From Eledone cirrhosa (taxonomy: Eukaryota): 64,000 nucleotides of DNA. The DNA lies in NCBI GenBank assembly GCA_964016885.1, contig OZ024740.1, positions 334,366,001 through 334,430,000 on the forward strand. The letters run 5' to 3'. Made by a program: the position numbers and the translations under genes. Shown in pieces: positions 39,544 to 52,931 of this stretch (the stretch's first letter is position 1; each line of letters opens with the position of its first letter). Under the pieces are notes generated by a model that saw nothing but the letters and a program-made list of their open reading frames with translations, had not been told where the DNA came from and made no database searches.

Positions 39544-41072
39544 TCGATTTTATGAAGCAGATTTTCCTATTGTCTTTTAACATCGAATTTCTTCGTTTAT
39601 TGATTTAGATCCTGTTGTTGTCATTCTATTAGTGGTCAAGAATTGTACACGTCACAGGTATTTCTAGCCACTCATGGTTGCCCACTTCTTGCTTCCTCTC
39701 ATTCTCCACCTGTTAATCCAAATATCTTCATGTATCAGAATTACTACTGTGATGAGAAAGGGGTTGTTATGTTGAACGTCTGGCATCACTTCGACGTCTT
39801 CAACGCCACTAGGCGCCTTAGTTTAGATCGGTCAGGTACACACCCGCAATTATGCTGTATGCGGCATTCGTCATAAATAATGAATTGCGAGAATTTGTTT
39901 TTAAAAAACAATCATGGGGTTATTTAGCCTAACATTAGTAGGACACGGCCTTGGTATACACTCCGCCATACATATTTCGAAAGGAAAGGAGAAAGGAAAA
40001 GAAAGAACCAGTAGCAAGAACGTTTTTAAAAAAAGAAGCTTTCAACAACCATTCGAAAGGAGGGCTATATCAAAGGTGTTTTCAACAAATAGACCCAATT
40101 CTACACTCACACACTGGACTCAGGGGAGCGTGTGTAGCGAAGACGCCGCACACTTAGATAGGCAAATGGGAAAAGAAAACTGCATGGAAAGTCATCCGTA
40201 CCCCCAGGCAAACATGCTCAGACAAATACTTCGACCCATGCATACACACACCCGTACTCGTGCATGTCTGTGTGTGCACGCATAATTACCGATAAAAAGA
40301 TAAAATACAAAAAAAAAATAAAATAAAATGCTGGAAAAATAGAATGCATACATAACAGAGATACAGGAGGGAACGAGCATTATCGAGGTGTGCTTAAAGT
40401 TTGCCTGGGGGTAAGGATGACTTTCCATGGAGTTTTCTTTTCCCATCTGCCTATATAAGTGTGCGGCGTCTAGGCTACACACGCTCCCCTGAGTCCAGTG
40501 TGTGAGTGTAGAATTGGGTCTATTTGTTGAAAACACTTTGATATAGCCCTCCGTTCGAATGTTGTTGAAAGGTTCTTTTTTTAAAAAACGTTTTTTTTTT
40601 TTTAAGTTCTTGCTACAGGTTCTTTCTTTTCCTTTCGAAATATATATGGCGGAGTGTACCCTAAGGCTGTGTCCTACAAATGTTAGGCTAAATATCCCCA
40701 TGATTGTTTTTTATAAAAAAATTCCCGCAATACATTATTTATGATGAATGCTGCATACAGCATAATTGCGGGTGTGTACCTGACCGATGTGGGGTAAGGC
40801 GCCTAGGGGCAATGAAGACGCGAAGTGATGCCAGACGTTCAACATTACAACCCCTCTCCCACCACAGTAGTAATTCTGATACATGAAGAAATATGGATTG
40901 ACAGGTGGAGAACGAGAGGATGCAAGAAGTGTCTAGAACCATGAGTGGCTAGAAATACCTGTGACGTGTACAATTCTTGACCACTCATGGAATGATAACA
41001 ACAGGATCTAAATCAATAAACGAAGAAATTCGACGTTAAAGGGCTATAGGGAAATCTGCTTCGTAGAATCGA

Positions 41073-41168
41073 GACATATCTGATGACCGTGTTGATTTCT
41101 CAGTCAGGAATGATCACCATATCGATCGTGTCTCGTGCTGATCGCCCGAGAAACATTTGTAATATGTC
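41073..41168 (+). ncRNA. Type I hammerhead ribozyme with long stem II
   Basis: gacatat-CTGATGA-ccgtgtt...cgcccga-GAAA-catttg-TA-atatgtc. Confidence 0.75.
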
Positions 41169-41227
41169 AAATAAATTTGTTTCCGTCCAACACTGATTCT
41201 CTTTTTTCTGTCATATATATATATATA

Positions 41228-42082
41228 TTCTAGGATGGGTAACATTCCCGAGATCCATGGACGAGTTCTCTCCAGCGGTCTCTGTCCCTCATTATCGCTG
41301 CCATGTCCTACGTCTCCAACAGACCAGTGTCTGTCCTTAGGGCATCAACATACGTTAGCCTTGGTCTTCCCGTTCTAGTATGTCCATGTAGGGGCTCCCA
41401 CAGGAGCATTGAGTGCAATGTCAACTCTGGATGTCGGTGAGCATGTCCAGCTAAACTCACTCTCCTCTGTGTCACTTTTGAGCTGACGTTTGGGAGGCTC
41501 CCATACAGCTCTGAGTTTTTCATCCCCAGTGTATACTGATTAATGTTCAGAGCCATCCTAAGCATTCTAGTGTAGCACCCATCCACCATCTGAGTGAGTT
41601 TCTTTGTCAGTGTCCAAGTCTCAGACCCGTACAACAGCACAGGCTCCACTACAGCAATGAAGAGACGGATTTTCAGGTCTTTACTAAGGTCCGACTTCCA
41701 CAACGATCTCAAGCTGCGGCACGCCGCCCAGACTTTGCTCTTCCTCTCAACCAAATCATCTTCCGTATTCCCACTCTTTGCTCCCAAATACAGAAGTCTC
41801 AACCAATTATAGCGGATTCCCGCCTACATTAGTGATCCCAGTCGGGTTCTCAACATTCTCTACCAGATATTTTGTTTTAATCTCATTCATTCTCAGCCCA
41901 ACACTCATCGACACAGTCTCAACCTCCTGCATCAAATCCTCTCCCTCCTTCACTTTATTTGTCACCAAAACTATGTCGTCGGCAAATTCAGCATCTGATA
42001 TCTTTTTCGCCTTAACTCCCCTGCTCTGAGCCGGTGCTACAGTAAAGCCAGAGTCCTGGTGTGTCTCCAGTGCAAGGCGCAT
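41228..42082 (-). mobile_element. RTE/RTEX-type LINE, 3' segment (RT EFADD motif to 3' end)
   Basis: ORFs 41807..42082 (ISDAEFADDIVL, GLRMNEIKTK) and 41308..41802 (YLGA, LLYGSETWTL). Confidence 0.9.
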
Positions 42083-42546
42083 ACGAGAAGGGAGATCTCT
42101 CTAAGACCAACAACTACAGGGGGATCTTACTGACGTCACTTGTGGAAAAGACGCTCAACAGGATGATTCTTAACAGGATCCAGCCTTAGATGGAGAAGAA
42201 GCTCAGGGACAACCAAAACGGCTTCAGAGAAGGAAGATCAACCACCAGTCACATCCTGATGCTGAGGAGGATATTAGAGGGAGCTAGATCAAAGTGCCTT
42301 CCTGCGGTCATGGTTTTCATTGACTTTAGGAAGGCCTTTCATTCTGTGGACCGTCACTGCCTGATGAAGATCTTACAGGCTTATGGAATCCCCAAGAAGA
42401 TAGTGGACCTGATATCACTGCTCTACACCAACACCAAAGCCCAAGTCATTACACCTGATGGGATGACAGAGTTCTTTCAGATACTGGCTGGAGTGCTCCA
42501 GGCAGATACATTGGCTCCCTACCTTTTTATCATCGTAGTGGACTAT
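42083..42546 (+). mobile_element. Inverted 5' segment of the same LINE (early RT motifs)
   Basis: KGDLSKTNNYRGI...NQNGFREGRST...FIDFRKAFHSV...GVLQADTLAPYLFIIVVDY. Confidence 0.9.
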
Positions 42547-43285
42547 ATATATATATGTATATATATATATAAAATCAAGGTGGACAGATTTAACCATATG
42601 TATCTCCCTCTCTCTCTCTCTATTTTCATGTTCATCTATTTTATTACTTACCTATTTACCACACACACACACACACACACGCACACACACACATATATAT
42701 ATATATATATTGGTAAATAGTGTTTGGTAAATAGGTAGGTAATAAAATAGATGCACATGAAAGTAGAGAAAGAAAGAGAGATACATTTGTTTAAATCTTT
42801 CAACCTTGATCATATATTTTACTCTCCTCCCGTAAATCCTTTCCAGGTTTTGTTTCACAACGATCACTCTATATATTAAGGGTAATTTTATTCGCTCTAT
42901 TTTGGAAAAATACACACTTCCTTGTCTTGTATATCGATTCGGAGATTTCTGACTATAAGCTACACGACTTTGTTTCTATTAAAAAAACAATCCCTCTCTC
43001 TTTCTCTTTCTCTGTATATATATGTTAGGTTGTAACATAAATTCCCGGCGATCTGTAAACACAAACAAATTATAACGGCGGGATACATAGAAATAATGTA
43101 TATAGCTTAAATTAACATATATATATATATATGTATACATATATAAATATATATATACATATATATATATATATCAAGATAAGCAGAACAAGTAAAATTC
43201 AACCAATTTTTCAAAATAAATCAAATTTAATATACAATTAAAATTAATCAAAATTAAAAAATATAATATAAATATTTACCTATTC

Positions 43286-43375
43286 AAATGGCCCTAACTG
43301 TACAGTTTCACGGTGCAAAACATTAAATATCACGAGGATATTAATGGAAAAGCAACGATCATCAGAGAAGCATTT
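43286..43375 (-). ncRNA. Type I hammerhead ribozyme
   Basis: Minus strand: aaatgcttct-CTGATGA-tcgttgc...gcaccgt-GAAA-ctgtacag-TT-agggccattt. Confidence 0.75.
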
Positions 43376-43810
43376 TCCTGTCCTAGGGTTAAAAACCCCA
43401 GGAACGACAAAATATATGACCTCACTCCAACTAATACAGGTCTGAATGGTCGTGAAAGTGACCCGTAAATACATTGGTGTATAGTGAAGGCGGGAAATCG
43501 TAGACTAGCCGTCTATGATCGCTACTAAAAAAGATTTTTAGCAACTAAATAGAACGACAAAGATTTATCTCTACATACTGGAGATTGTTGAATAAGGTTA
43601 ATATATATCTGAGGGTACAATGTACTGCCGGAAATATATAGTGTGTCTATGATTTAAGGTGGTTCTATGGTAATAATTTGATATACCAGAACTTAATATC
43701 AAGATAAGCAGAACAAGTAAAATCCAACCAATTTTTCAAAATAAATCAAATTTAATATACAATTAAAATTAATCAAAATTAAAAAATATAATATAAATAT
43801 TTACCTATTC

Positions 43811-43900
43811 AAATGGCCCTAACTGTACAGTTTCACGGTGCAAAACATTAAATATCACGAGGATATTAATGGAACAGCAACGATCATCAGAGAAGCATTT
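43811..43900 (-). ncRNA. Type I hammerhead ribozyme (second copy)
   Basis: Same motif at +525. Confidence 0.75.
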
Positions 43901-44140
43901 TCCTGTCCTAGGGTTAAAAACCCCAGGAACGACAAAATATATGACCTCACTCCAACTAATACAGGTCTGAAAGGTCGTGAAAGTGACCCGTAAATACATT
44001 GGTGTATAGTGAAGGCGGGAAATTGTAGACTAGCCGTCTATGATCGCTACTAAAAAAGATTTTTAGCAACTAAATAGAACGACAAAGATTTATCTCTACA
44101 TACTGGAGATTGTTGAATAAGGTTAATATATATCTGAGGG

Positions 44141-44226
<86 letters not shown>

Positions 44227-44383
44227 TATATAGGTACCCTTGAAATATATATAATTGTTTCTACTTTAGGCACAAGGCCAGCAATTACCCAGTTCATTAC
44301 TGGTACTTTATTTTATCGACCCCGTAATATATATAATAGAATAAATATAGTTTTATAAATATATTTTTCATTTATTTAATATC

Positions 44384-44459
<76 letters not shown>

Positions 44460-44499
44460 GATATTAAATAAATGAAAACTATATTTATAGAACCATATT

Positions 44500-44561
44500 T
44501 ATTCTATTATATATATTTCAAGGGTACCAAAATCTTTGGTACGCTTTCATCAGATAAAATA
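44500..44561 (-). ncRNA. Hammerhead ribozyme (TATATA stem III family)
   Basis: Minus strand: tattttat-CTGATGA-aagcgtaccaaa(gat)tttggtaccctt-GAAA-tatata-TA-atagaata. Confidence 0.75.
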
Positions 44562-44831
44562 CATAGAGTGTTTTATAAATTTTGACATAGCCAATGAAAA
44601 CATACCTTATCAGTTGAATGTTCCTACCCAAGGAATATTCAATGGAAAGCGTATCAAATTTGTTGGTACCCTTGAAATATATATAATAGAATAAATATTG
44701 TTTAATAAATATAGTTTCCATGTATTTAATATCATTGATTATTTACTCCAAAAATGTGTCGAGTGCTCTGAATCAGTTATAAACATTTATATTTGTTGAA
44801 TTTCCAACAAATTAAATATCCCTTCCACTTG

Positions 44832-44882
<51 letters not shown>

Positions 44883-44897
44883 GTTTTAATATAGATG

Positions 44898-44948
44898 AGA
44901 TTCTACAGGACTAGAACTGTTTCATTCATTAGAAATCATCAGGAATCT
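44898..44948 (-). ncRNA. Hammerhead ribozyme, Naiad-like family variant
   Basis: Minus strand: agattc-CTGATGA-t-ttc(taat)gaa-t-GAAA-cag(ttctagtc)ctg-TA-gaatct; compensatory stem I change relative to 32174. Confidence 0.85.
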
Positions 44949-45024
44949 GTTAAAACTGTTATACTCTGCTATGTATTGAGTACCTTACTTACTGTGGTTA
45001 CCTCCGATTCAACCCGGAATAACG

Positions 45025-45056
<32 letters not shown>

Positions 45057-45187
45057 GATAAATCTACCAAGAGTTTACGGTAGTGTCCAATCCGTATGAA
45101 GAACTCAATGTATTCCGGATATTCTGGAAAGAAGAGATGTAATGAAAAATCACTTTCGGTGAAAGATAAACGGTATACAGAGTCAAG

Positions 45188-45607
45188 ATAAAATATTAAA
45201 CAAATAATGAATAAACAATGAAACAGTTCCTTATATTAAACAAAAAAAGTTCATTATTTAACGATCGTTTCTAGGATATATATGTGTTAGAATTGGCATG
45301 CATATTCAACAGATCTATGTACAAAATTATACAAAATTATACAAACTATCAAGATTAAATATACATACCAACACATATATACGCCGTCTTCAGAAATAAT
45401 CAGATTATTTCTGAAGACGGCGTATATATGTGTTGGTATGTATATTTAATCTTGATAGTTTGTATAATTTTGTATAATTTTGTACATAGATCTGTTGAAT
45501 ATGCATGCCAATTCTAACACATATATATCCTAGAAACGATCGTTAAATAATGAACTTTTTTTGTTTAATATAAGGAACTGTTTCATTGTTTATTCATTAT
45601 TTGTTTA

Positions 45608-45616
<9 letters not shown>
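45188..45616. repeat. ~430-bp palindrome carrying one hammerhead on each strand
   Basis: Centre at 45402; arms are reverse complements. Confidence 0.9.
45404..45551 (+). ncRNA. Hammerhead ribozyme with ~115-nt stem II (mirror copy at 45253-45400, minus)
   Basis: attattt-CTGAAGA-cggcgtatatatgtgtt...aacacatatatatccta-GAAA-cgatcg-TT-aaataat. Confidence 0.7.
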
Positions 45617-45656
<40 letters not shown>

Positions 45657-45683
45657 CATGATATTAATATATATATATACATA

Positions 45684-45765
<82 letters not shown>

Positions 45766-46686
45766 TGTGTGTGTGTATAGGTCAGAATTTAACACTTTTT
45801 AACTTGATACTTAGGATAGAGTGAAAATATATTATATAGTGTATGTGAGTGATACTACATGTTCGTATTTGGCGATTTATCCAAGAATATATATTCTGGC
45901 AAAAATTATTATTATTGATCCATTCGCTTTGGACTCATACTGCTAAAAGGAAAAATATATTTGGTGGTGGCTACGCTGCTGAGATCAACGTTGTTATTAT
46001 TGCTTATAGAATGTATTTTCCACATTTTGTTGTAGTCGCTACTATTGCGGAACATGAAAAATGCGGGTCATGTAGCAGACCAACATAGTATGTTGATTTT
46101 ACTGCACGACTTATCACTGTCGAACAGTTTTCCTTCTGCTATAATTTCTGATATTCACATTAATCTCACAATCATATTAATACGAATATATGTGCTTACA
46201 CTAATATGAAGTTTTTTGTTGGGGCCTTGATAATGTAGGTAGAAGAGCACCGATGCATTATTATAGGAATTCAAAATAAAAAATTGACATGGAAAAGGCC
46301 TGAAAATCGCGATATATTAAGAGCTCGAGCGAGAACTGCATCTAGCTGGTAGCCTTAAACAGTGCAATGTTTTAAGCCTACCAAACTATAGATGTACCCT
46401 CTAAATAAGCGGTCGTCAATCTTCCGAAACTCACGGAACAATAACTTCATAATTTTAAATCCCGCGGACAACTAACATGGATTTTTCTTAAAAAGATAAA
46501 TACATTTGTAAAATAACGATCAGATAACTTCCAATTTATTAAACAATACTGAATCGTATGTGTGTCATATTGACGATAGATGATACATATATGTAAAATT
46601 CTTTCACTGAGAAGAAACAGTTTTTTAGGGATGTTACAGAATATATTTTAATCGAATATTATTTTGTTTTATTATTAATAAAACAA

Positions 46687-46872
46687 GGGCGGTGGATTGG
46701 CAGTATCAGTAGAGGGTCGGACGCCATGCTTTCCAGCATAGTTACGTCCCTTTACGATCTGAGTTCAAATCCCGCCAAGGTTGACTTTGCCTTTCATCCT
46801 TACGGGGTCGATAAAATAAAGTACCAGTAATGCACTGGGTAATTGCTGGCCTTGTGCCTAAAGTAGAAACAA
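46687..46872 (+). mobile_element. Full-length SINE A
   Basis: A box TGGCAGTATCAG, B box GTTCAAATCC, central GCCTTTCATCCTTACGGGGTCGATAAA domain. Confidence 0.9.
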
Positions 46873-46878
46873 TCATAA

Positions 46879-48337
46879 TCTATAAAGCTCAGTGTATGGA
46901 CATGCTCCTTTGTTATAGAAATCTACGATATAAAATTTCTTCAATTGAAATTTACAATTCAGTATTCGAAATAGCTTCGATTGCGTCTTGGCACATATAA
47001 TTTTTTCAATTTCCCCCACAATTACGCAAAAAATAGATAAAACTCAATATTTTACGATTTTCTCTCTCATTTAAACTGCTAAAATCTTTCCATTACCATT
47101 CAAAATCTATACAACTTCATACTTTCTGCTACTTTCTCTTTCCAAGCTTGATGGTGATACTGTCCGATTTACTCTCTCATATCATCTGCTACCCTCTATC
47201 TACAACCCACACAGTTTGCTACTTTCTCTTTTATACTTCAAACTTACTGATTTATTTCCAAACGCATACAAACACACACTCACTTCAAATGATAAAAAAA
47301 CATTTAAAGTAATTAAACAACGTGCGTGATTTATAACCACACTAACTTTTAGTTGCTTCAAACTTAATGATTTATTTACAAACACATATAAACACACACT
47401 CACACATTTAAAGCAATTAAACAACGTGCGTGATTGCCGAAGAGAGAGAGAGAGAAGAGAGTGAGAGGGAGAGAGAGAGAGAGAACGTTTATTATTACAT
47501 AAAGTACCAGTAATGTACTGGGTATTTGCTGGCCTTGTGCCAAAAAAGTAGAAACAATTATTACATTTCATACGAAACGACAATTATTCAAAAGCAACAG
47601 ATACATTTATTCAACAACAAGCGATAAATCTTTTTTAAAACCTCTCAACGAACGTGGATTCTTACAGACTTTGAGTCGAATCGGTTTGAAATTGTGCAAA
47701 TGTATAAACATGGAACTTGTGCACACACACAACAACAACAACAATCTACCTTTTATAGATAATGATAAACAATAATATCCTCTATGAGGTCACTAAACCT
47801 GCTAGAAACAGCAGCTAACTCTCCCCCATACCACACCCCTCCCTACTGTCTTAAATTTAGAAAACATATCTTCTATGAGGTCACTAAACCTGCTAGAAAC
47901 AGCAGCTAGCTCTCCCCCATATCACACCACTCCCTACTGTCTTAAATTTAGAAAACACATATCCTCTATGAGGTCACTAAACCTGCTAGAAAAACAGCTA
48001 ACTCTCCCTCATATCACAACCCTCCCTACTGTCTTAAATTTAGAAAACACACAGACAACCATGCAGAACAACTCCATCGCAGCTCTGTTGTTCGGCTGGC
48101 ATCGTCTACGCGCGTGTTGCGCAAGTACTGTGAAACAATAAATTTCAACACTTTTTTGCACAGAGATAATATCCATAGGCGAAACTACAATTGTCACTGC
48201 TGGCGCAGCTCCTGCTTCCAGGTCTGCAATTCATTCACCCAGTGCCTGGCAGACAAAAAAGTGCTGCCATAAAATGGGTGGTGCAACCTAACTTTGGTAA
48301 CTTAATGACCCCGAGCAACGCCGGGCTTTAATGCTAG
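46879..48337 (+). mobile_element. Non-autonomous Helitron-like element nested in the hAT
   Basis: 5' A|TCTATAAAG; 3' hairpin cccgagcaacgccggg followed by CTAG|T. Confidence 0.55.
47776..48050 (+). repeat. Three tandem ~93-bp units resembling a SINE 3' tail
   Basis: ctatgaggtcactaaacctgctagaaa...ccctactgtcttaaatttagaaaaca x3. Confidence 0.85.
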
Positions 48338-48594
48338 TTATAAATAAAACAAAAAAATTGCAAATTATGTCCAAATTTTTCTGCGGTTCACCAACATTTT
48401 TTCTCGGACCACCGGTTGGCGAACGCTGCTCTAAATGTCGATTGCATTTGCAGATATTGTCTGCAAGATTTTACTTTAACGCCTTGCATCGACATGAGAA
48501 CACACTTGAAGATATTTATCCAATCTCCCACGTAATGGTTCCGAAACTTGCACCGAATTATTGCCAATGATCATATAATTCTATATATTCACTA

Positions 48595-48815
48595 AGGCGA
48601 AGGATTAGCAGTATCGGTAGAGCATCTGACAACGTTATTTGCGGTATATAGTTACGGACCTTTACGTTCTGAGTTCATATCCCGCTGAGGTTAACTTTGG
48701 CCTTCATTCTTACGGCATCGATAAAATAAAGTCCCAGTTACACACTGGGGTCGGTTTAATAGACTGTCCTTTCCTCAAAATTGTAGGAAATCTGCCTAAA
48801 TCAGAAATAATTATT
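48595..48815 (+). mobile_element. Diverged SINE A relative
   Basis: Consensus match with a longer 3' part. Confidence 0.75.
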
Positions 48816-50899
48816 TCTCTTCCCCACTTTTACTATTATTATCATCATAACAACAGAGTTCCGAAGAAAATACGTAATGGAAATAATCCCACGCACGGAA
48901 TCCAAATCCCATCGGTCTCAGCTTTGGTTTGCATCCTACCGAGGCCGATAAAATAAAATTCTAGTCTAATCACCGGATATGTTATATTAAGAGGAGCAAC
49001 AAACTCCGTCAAAAAAGGAAGTATTGCTCACTATGTGTATGAATCTGAAACCAATAGTAGGGTTTGCTTGTTTTAGTGTCATTACATGCATTTGTGGTTG
49101 GGTTACTGTTTTGATTCTATTGAAAGTACATGTGCACAGTGCTTAGATATATTTCCTATATGTTTTATATAATTGTTAGTCTAAGTGTTTTGTCTGTATT
49201 TTTATAACCATACTCCCATCACATTTTTTTAAAAATGGAATATTTCTGTTATTAGTGACAATATTCGTGTTCGCTCTATTTCCAGATTAATACTTCATTT
49301 CTTTTTAAGACATTAGCACCTGTTCAGACATATTTCGATAAGGTAGCATTTATTTTCCGGTTGTCTCCCGCAACAATAACCATAAGTGTCATATAGAATG
49401 TATGTTTCTTATTCTCTAAAATTTCTTTCTCGCCGTACTTCATTATACTGTCTTGACATCCAATGCATGAATCTGGTCATGATCATATATATCATAATAT
49501 TCATTGTCACCCCCATCATTACCGTCTTCTTCCTTTCTGTATTTTTCTTACTGAGGCACCCAATTAGACACCGAGCAGAAATTCCCCCCACCCCACCACA
49601 CAAAATAAATAGATAAAATAAAATAAAAAATCTTAGTTGAAGAAGAATCGCACAGTAGCATGATGACTTACAATATTCTGCTTGAGCAACAACAATAACA
49701 AACCCTCCTAATTTCGTTGCTATCAACGCAGTTAGAAGGGCAAGAACAAAACACATCAAACCATAGTGGAATATAACGTTTCTTTTCCTGTCTAGGCAAC
49801 AGATATCTAGAGAATGGGCAAACCACCAGCGCAACAGTAAAAGCTACCACTATAAACAACGACAATAACAAATTCCAAACTAGCGTCAGTGTTAAAAGCA
49901 ACAGCAAAGAAATTTGATTTTGAATCAAACAATAACATATTTTCTTTAAGAAGCAGTTCGACAAGTCCTACCGTTGTCACCAACACTCCTACCTCTACCT
50001 CTCAAATAAGTAAAACAGGTGTAACAGCAAAAGCATACATAACAACAATGGTAATAACAAAAGCACTAATGAAATCATGGACAAAGATAGCAAGAATGAA
50101 AAAAGTTGAACCATGGAACAAAGACAAATGTCAACAATGAAAACAACAAATAGTATTTCACCAAATGAAACTACTATAAAGAAAAAAAACGAAATCCTGA
50201 CCAATACAGCAGGAGCAAAAACAACGTCTGGTATCAAGGGACAAATTGGTCAAAGTAAACGTAGTGAACGCTCCACATAGCTTTCTCGTCATATGTGGCG
50301 GCTGCAGCTATTAGAAAAATAGGAAACTCCGTTACTACATAAACGTAAAAACGTATCGCCATGAAGCAGTGCCACTGGCACACATTTTCTTGGTCATAAA
50401 GGAAATATGGCCCAACAACTAATTTTGTTTCAAAGGCAATACGATCTGGGACACGTGACAGTGTGTTTCAGTGGAGATTCACATGCCTTGAAGTATTTTA
50501 AAGTTCTCGGTCGCAGCAACGAAATGACATGATTAGAAGTACCAATGTGCCGGCTGCGGGAATAGTCCTGGACGGTTTCTTAACTTTGAACACCAACAGC
50601 TGCTTTATCAGAATTTATGGAGATTTGCTGAGACATGAGATAACAAAAGCAACAATGTCACAATATGGTAATCGGTGGACAAAACTTGGTGGCTTCTCCA
50701 TAATTAGTTGTACGAGGTTTATATATTTGCGGATATTAAAAATGTAACATATTTGTAATTGGCACGAATAAATCTACCAAAACTGTAATATGGTAAGAAG
50801 AAGAATACAGAATCATGCTTTGCGCGGATTAGTAAGAGAAACTTTAAATCCTTATGTAAAGGGTTCTGTCCAAAAAATATATTGCATTCTTCATTTGAT

Positions 50900-51925
50900 G
50901 CTGTAAAAATTGGAATACTGCACCTCTTGCGCATGAGGAGAAAGCTAGATGCTACCGGCTAGATAGAGCTGAGTTTTCTTCAACAAATCTTCGTGGGTCT
51001 GGTACTGCACAAACGTGATTGTGGATACTCACAAGCCCCTAACTGTAAGAATAGGTTTTGTACAGGATCGAGTAGGAAGAGAGTATTTGAGCTTAGGCTG
51101 AGAAATGGTGCAAGTTTATTCACCAAACAAAGAGCTTGTATACAGATACTTCCTGGAAGAAGTCACTGTAGTTTTAGATGTAGTTATATATCCTAAAAGG
51201 AGACACAAATGCGTATGTTGGCAATTACCAGTCGAGAGAAATGAGTGATTGGAAAAGTTCTGGGTCCCAGATTCTTTGAGTAATTGTGTTCGGATAAATG
51301 GTGCTTTAGCGAAATCATTCAGTGTGAGAACTAGACTCCGCCAAGGGTGCATAATGTCACCTCTTGCGTTTATACAATTCCAGAACAGGATTGTCCTGCT
51401 CAGTCGGGCTGGGAGTGGCACGAGAGAGGTGAGTATAGGATCGGTCGGCTTGAATTTGCAGCTGACGATGTATTAGTTAACTCGTCAGAAGATTATCTCC
51501 GGCATGCACTTGATAGGTTTGATGCTATGTGTCGCACTGCTGGAATGAAAACCAGTGCTGAGAAGATGGAGACACTCATCATCGAAGCCAGCGTAGTGCA
51601 TTGGAGCAGATGGAGAAGTCCAAGATTCTCGGGACCGTGTTCACGAGTGATGGAAATCAAGAGGAATCAAGTTCAAGCATTATAGGAGCTGGTGCCAAGT
51701 AATGTGCCAGCTTCAGGATTCGGTAATCAGATGAAAGAAACTAGGTGCATAAGCTAAAATCACTATCTTCAATTCGGTATTCTTACCAACCCTTATCTAT
51801 ACTCATGAAACTTGGGTAATTACGGAAACAATACGATCGCGGATACAAGCGGCTGAAATGGAGTCCTCCGAAGGGTCTCTTGTGTAGCGTTACGCGATAG
51901 AGTGCGTACCATGGAGATCATAGAA
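50900..51925 (+). mobile_element. Decayed RTE-1-like LINE RT fragment
   Basis: CVRING..KSFSVRTRLRQGCIMSPL, LEFAADDVL, GMKTSAEKME, LIYTHETWVITETIRSRIQAAEM. Confidence 0.7.
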
Positions 51926-52439
51926 TAAACCTGGATTTAATGGGCCTAATAGAAATTTATATCAACAGAATACTTTCGATAAGATGAACCATTGGAACTT
52001 GATGTTTTTCACACGTTTGAATCTTCAAAGGCTGGATTACTACAATGCATATGGCAGTTGGCCGTTGGTCAGGGTAAATAAGCATCTAGCAGAACCACGG
52101 CAAATTGTTGGCTGCTGTAGGTAGTAATTCGAGCGACAACAAATGATGAACATTTCTATTTCATTACGATATTTTCTGTTGTTGGAATATTCCCTGAAGT
52201 GAAAGAAATTCTTTATAGTCATTTTGCATCCAATTAATTTATGTTGACATCACTGTCGAACATGAAATCTACAGAATATATTATTTACTCGAGATATAAA
52301 CAAACATTAATATTTATCTTAACCACTGCTCACATGAATACACAGGTGGACTAAATGGCACACACACACCTACATACAAGTACACATACTCACACCCTGT
52401 ACATAGCTAAACACACTCTCACACACACACATATACATA

Positions 52440-52468
52440 CACATATACACATATATATATATATATAA

Positions 52469-52539
<71 letters not shown>

Positions 52540-52545
52540 TATGCA

Positions 52546-52587
<42 letters not shown>

Positions 52588-52637
52588 AATGTCGCTGTGT
52601 ATATATGTGGGAAGGTTTATATATGTATGTATGTACA

Positions 52638-52686
<49 letters not shown>

Positions 52687-52726
52687 TATACACATATATA
52701 TATATATACATATATAAATATATATA

Positions 52727-52814
<88 letters not shown>

Positions 52815-52889
52815 CGGTTCTTATATATTCGATATATATTTATCCTTATCGAGCCCTCTTTGGATTTTAGTTTTCAAATTTATTATTAT

Positions 52890-52930
<41 letters not shown>
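52440..52930. repeat. Compound (TA)n microsatellite cluster (representative of dozens in the window)
   Basis: Several long TA runs; such runs generate the YI/CV/TH pseudo-ORFs. Confidence 0.95.

Positions 52931-52931
<1 letters not shown>

Larger units (their letters stand above)
39403..41212. mobile_element. Large inverted repeat (arms ~39403-40213 and ~40398-41212) of a PLE-type terminal repeat
   Basis: Arms are diverged reverse complements (ORFs 39914+ and 40192- are paralogous); each ends in a hammerhead motif. Confidence 0.8.
43172..44140 (-). mobile_element. Tandem 525-bp hammerhead-bearing non-coding unit (~1.85 copies)
   Basis: atatcaagataagcagaac at 43172 and 43697; copies nearly identical; flanked by (TA)n. 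Confidence 0.85.
46407..48428. mobile_element. Non-autonomous hAT-type DNA transposon with nested insertions
   Basis: 8-bp TSD CTCTAAAT (46399-46406, 48429-48436); imperfect TIRs aagcggtcgtcaatc / ggttggcgaacgctg. Confidence 0.7.

Noticed and set aside
39914-40701. Paralogous ORFs 39914+ and 40192-
   Set aside because: Products of the inverted repeat arms with indels between them; no domain similarity recognised.
46687-46775. tRNA gene
   Set aside because: A/B boxes are present but continue into the SINE body repeated about 15 times; no clean cloverleaf.
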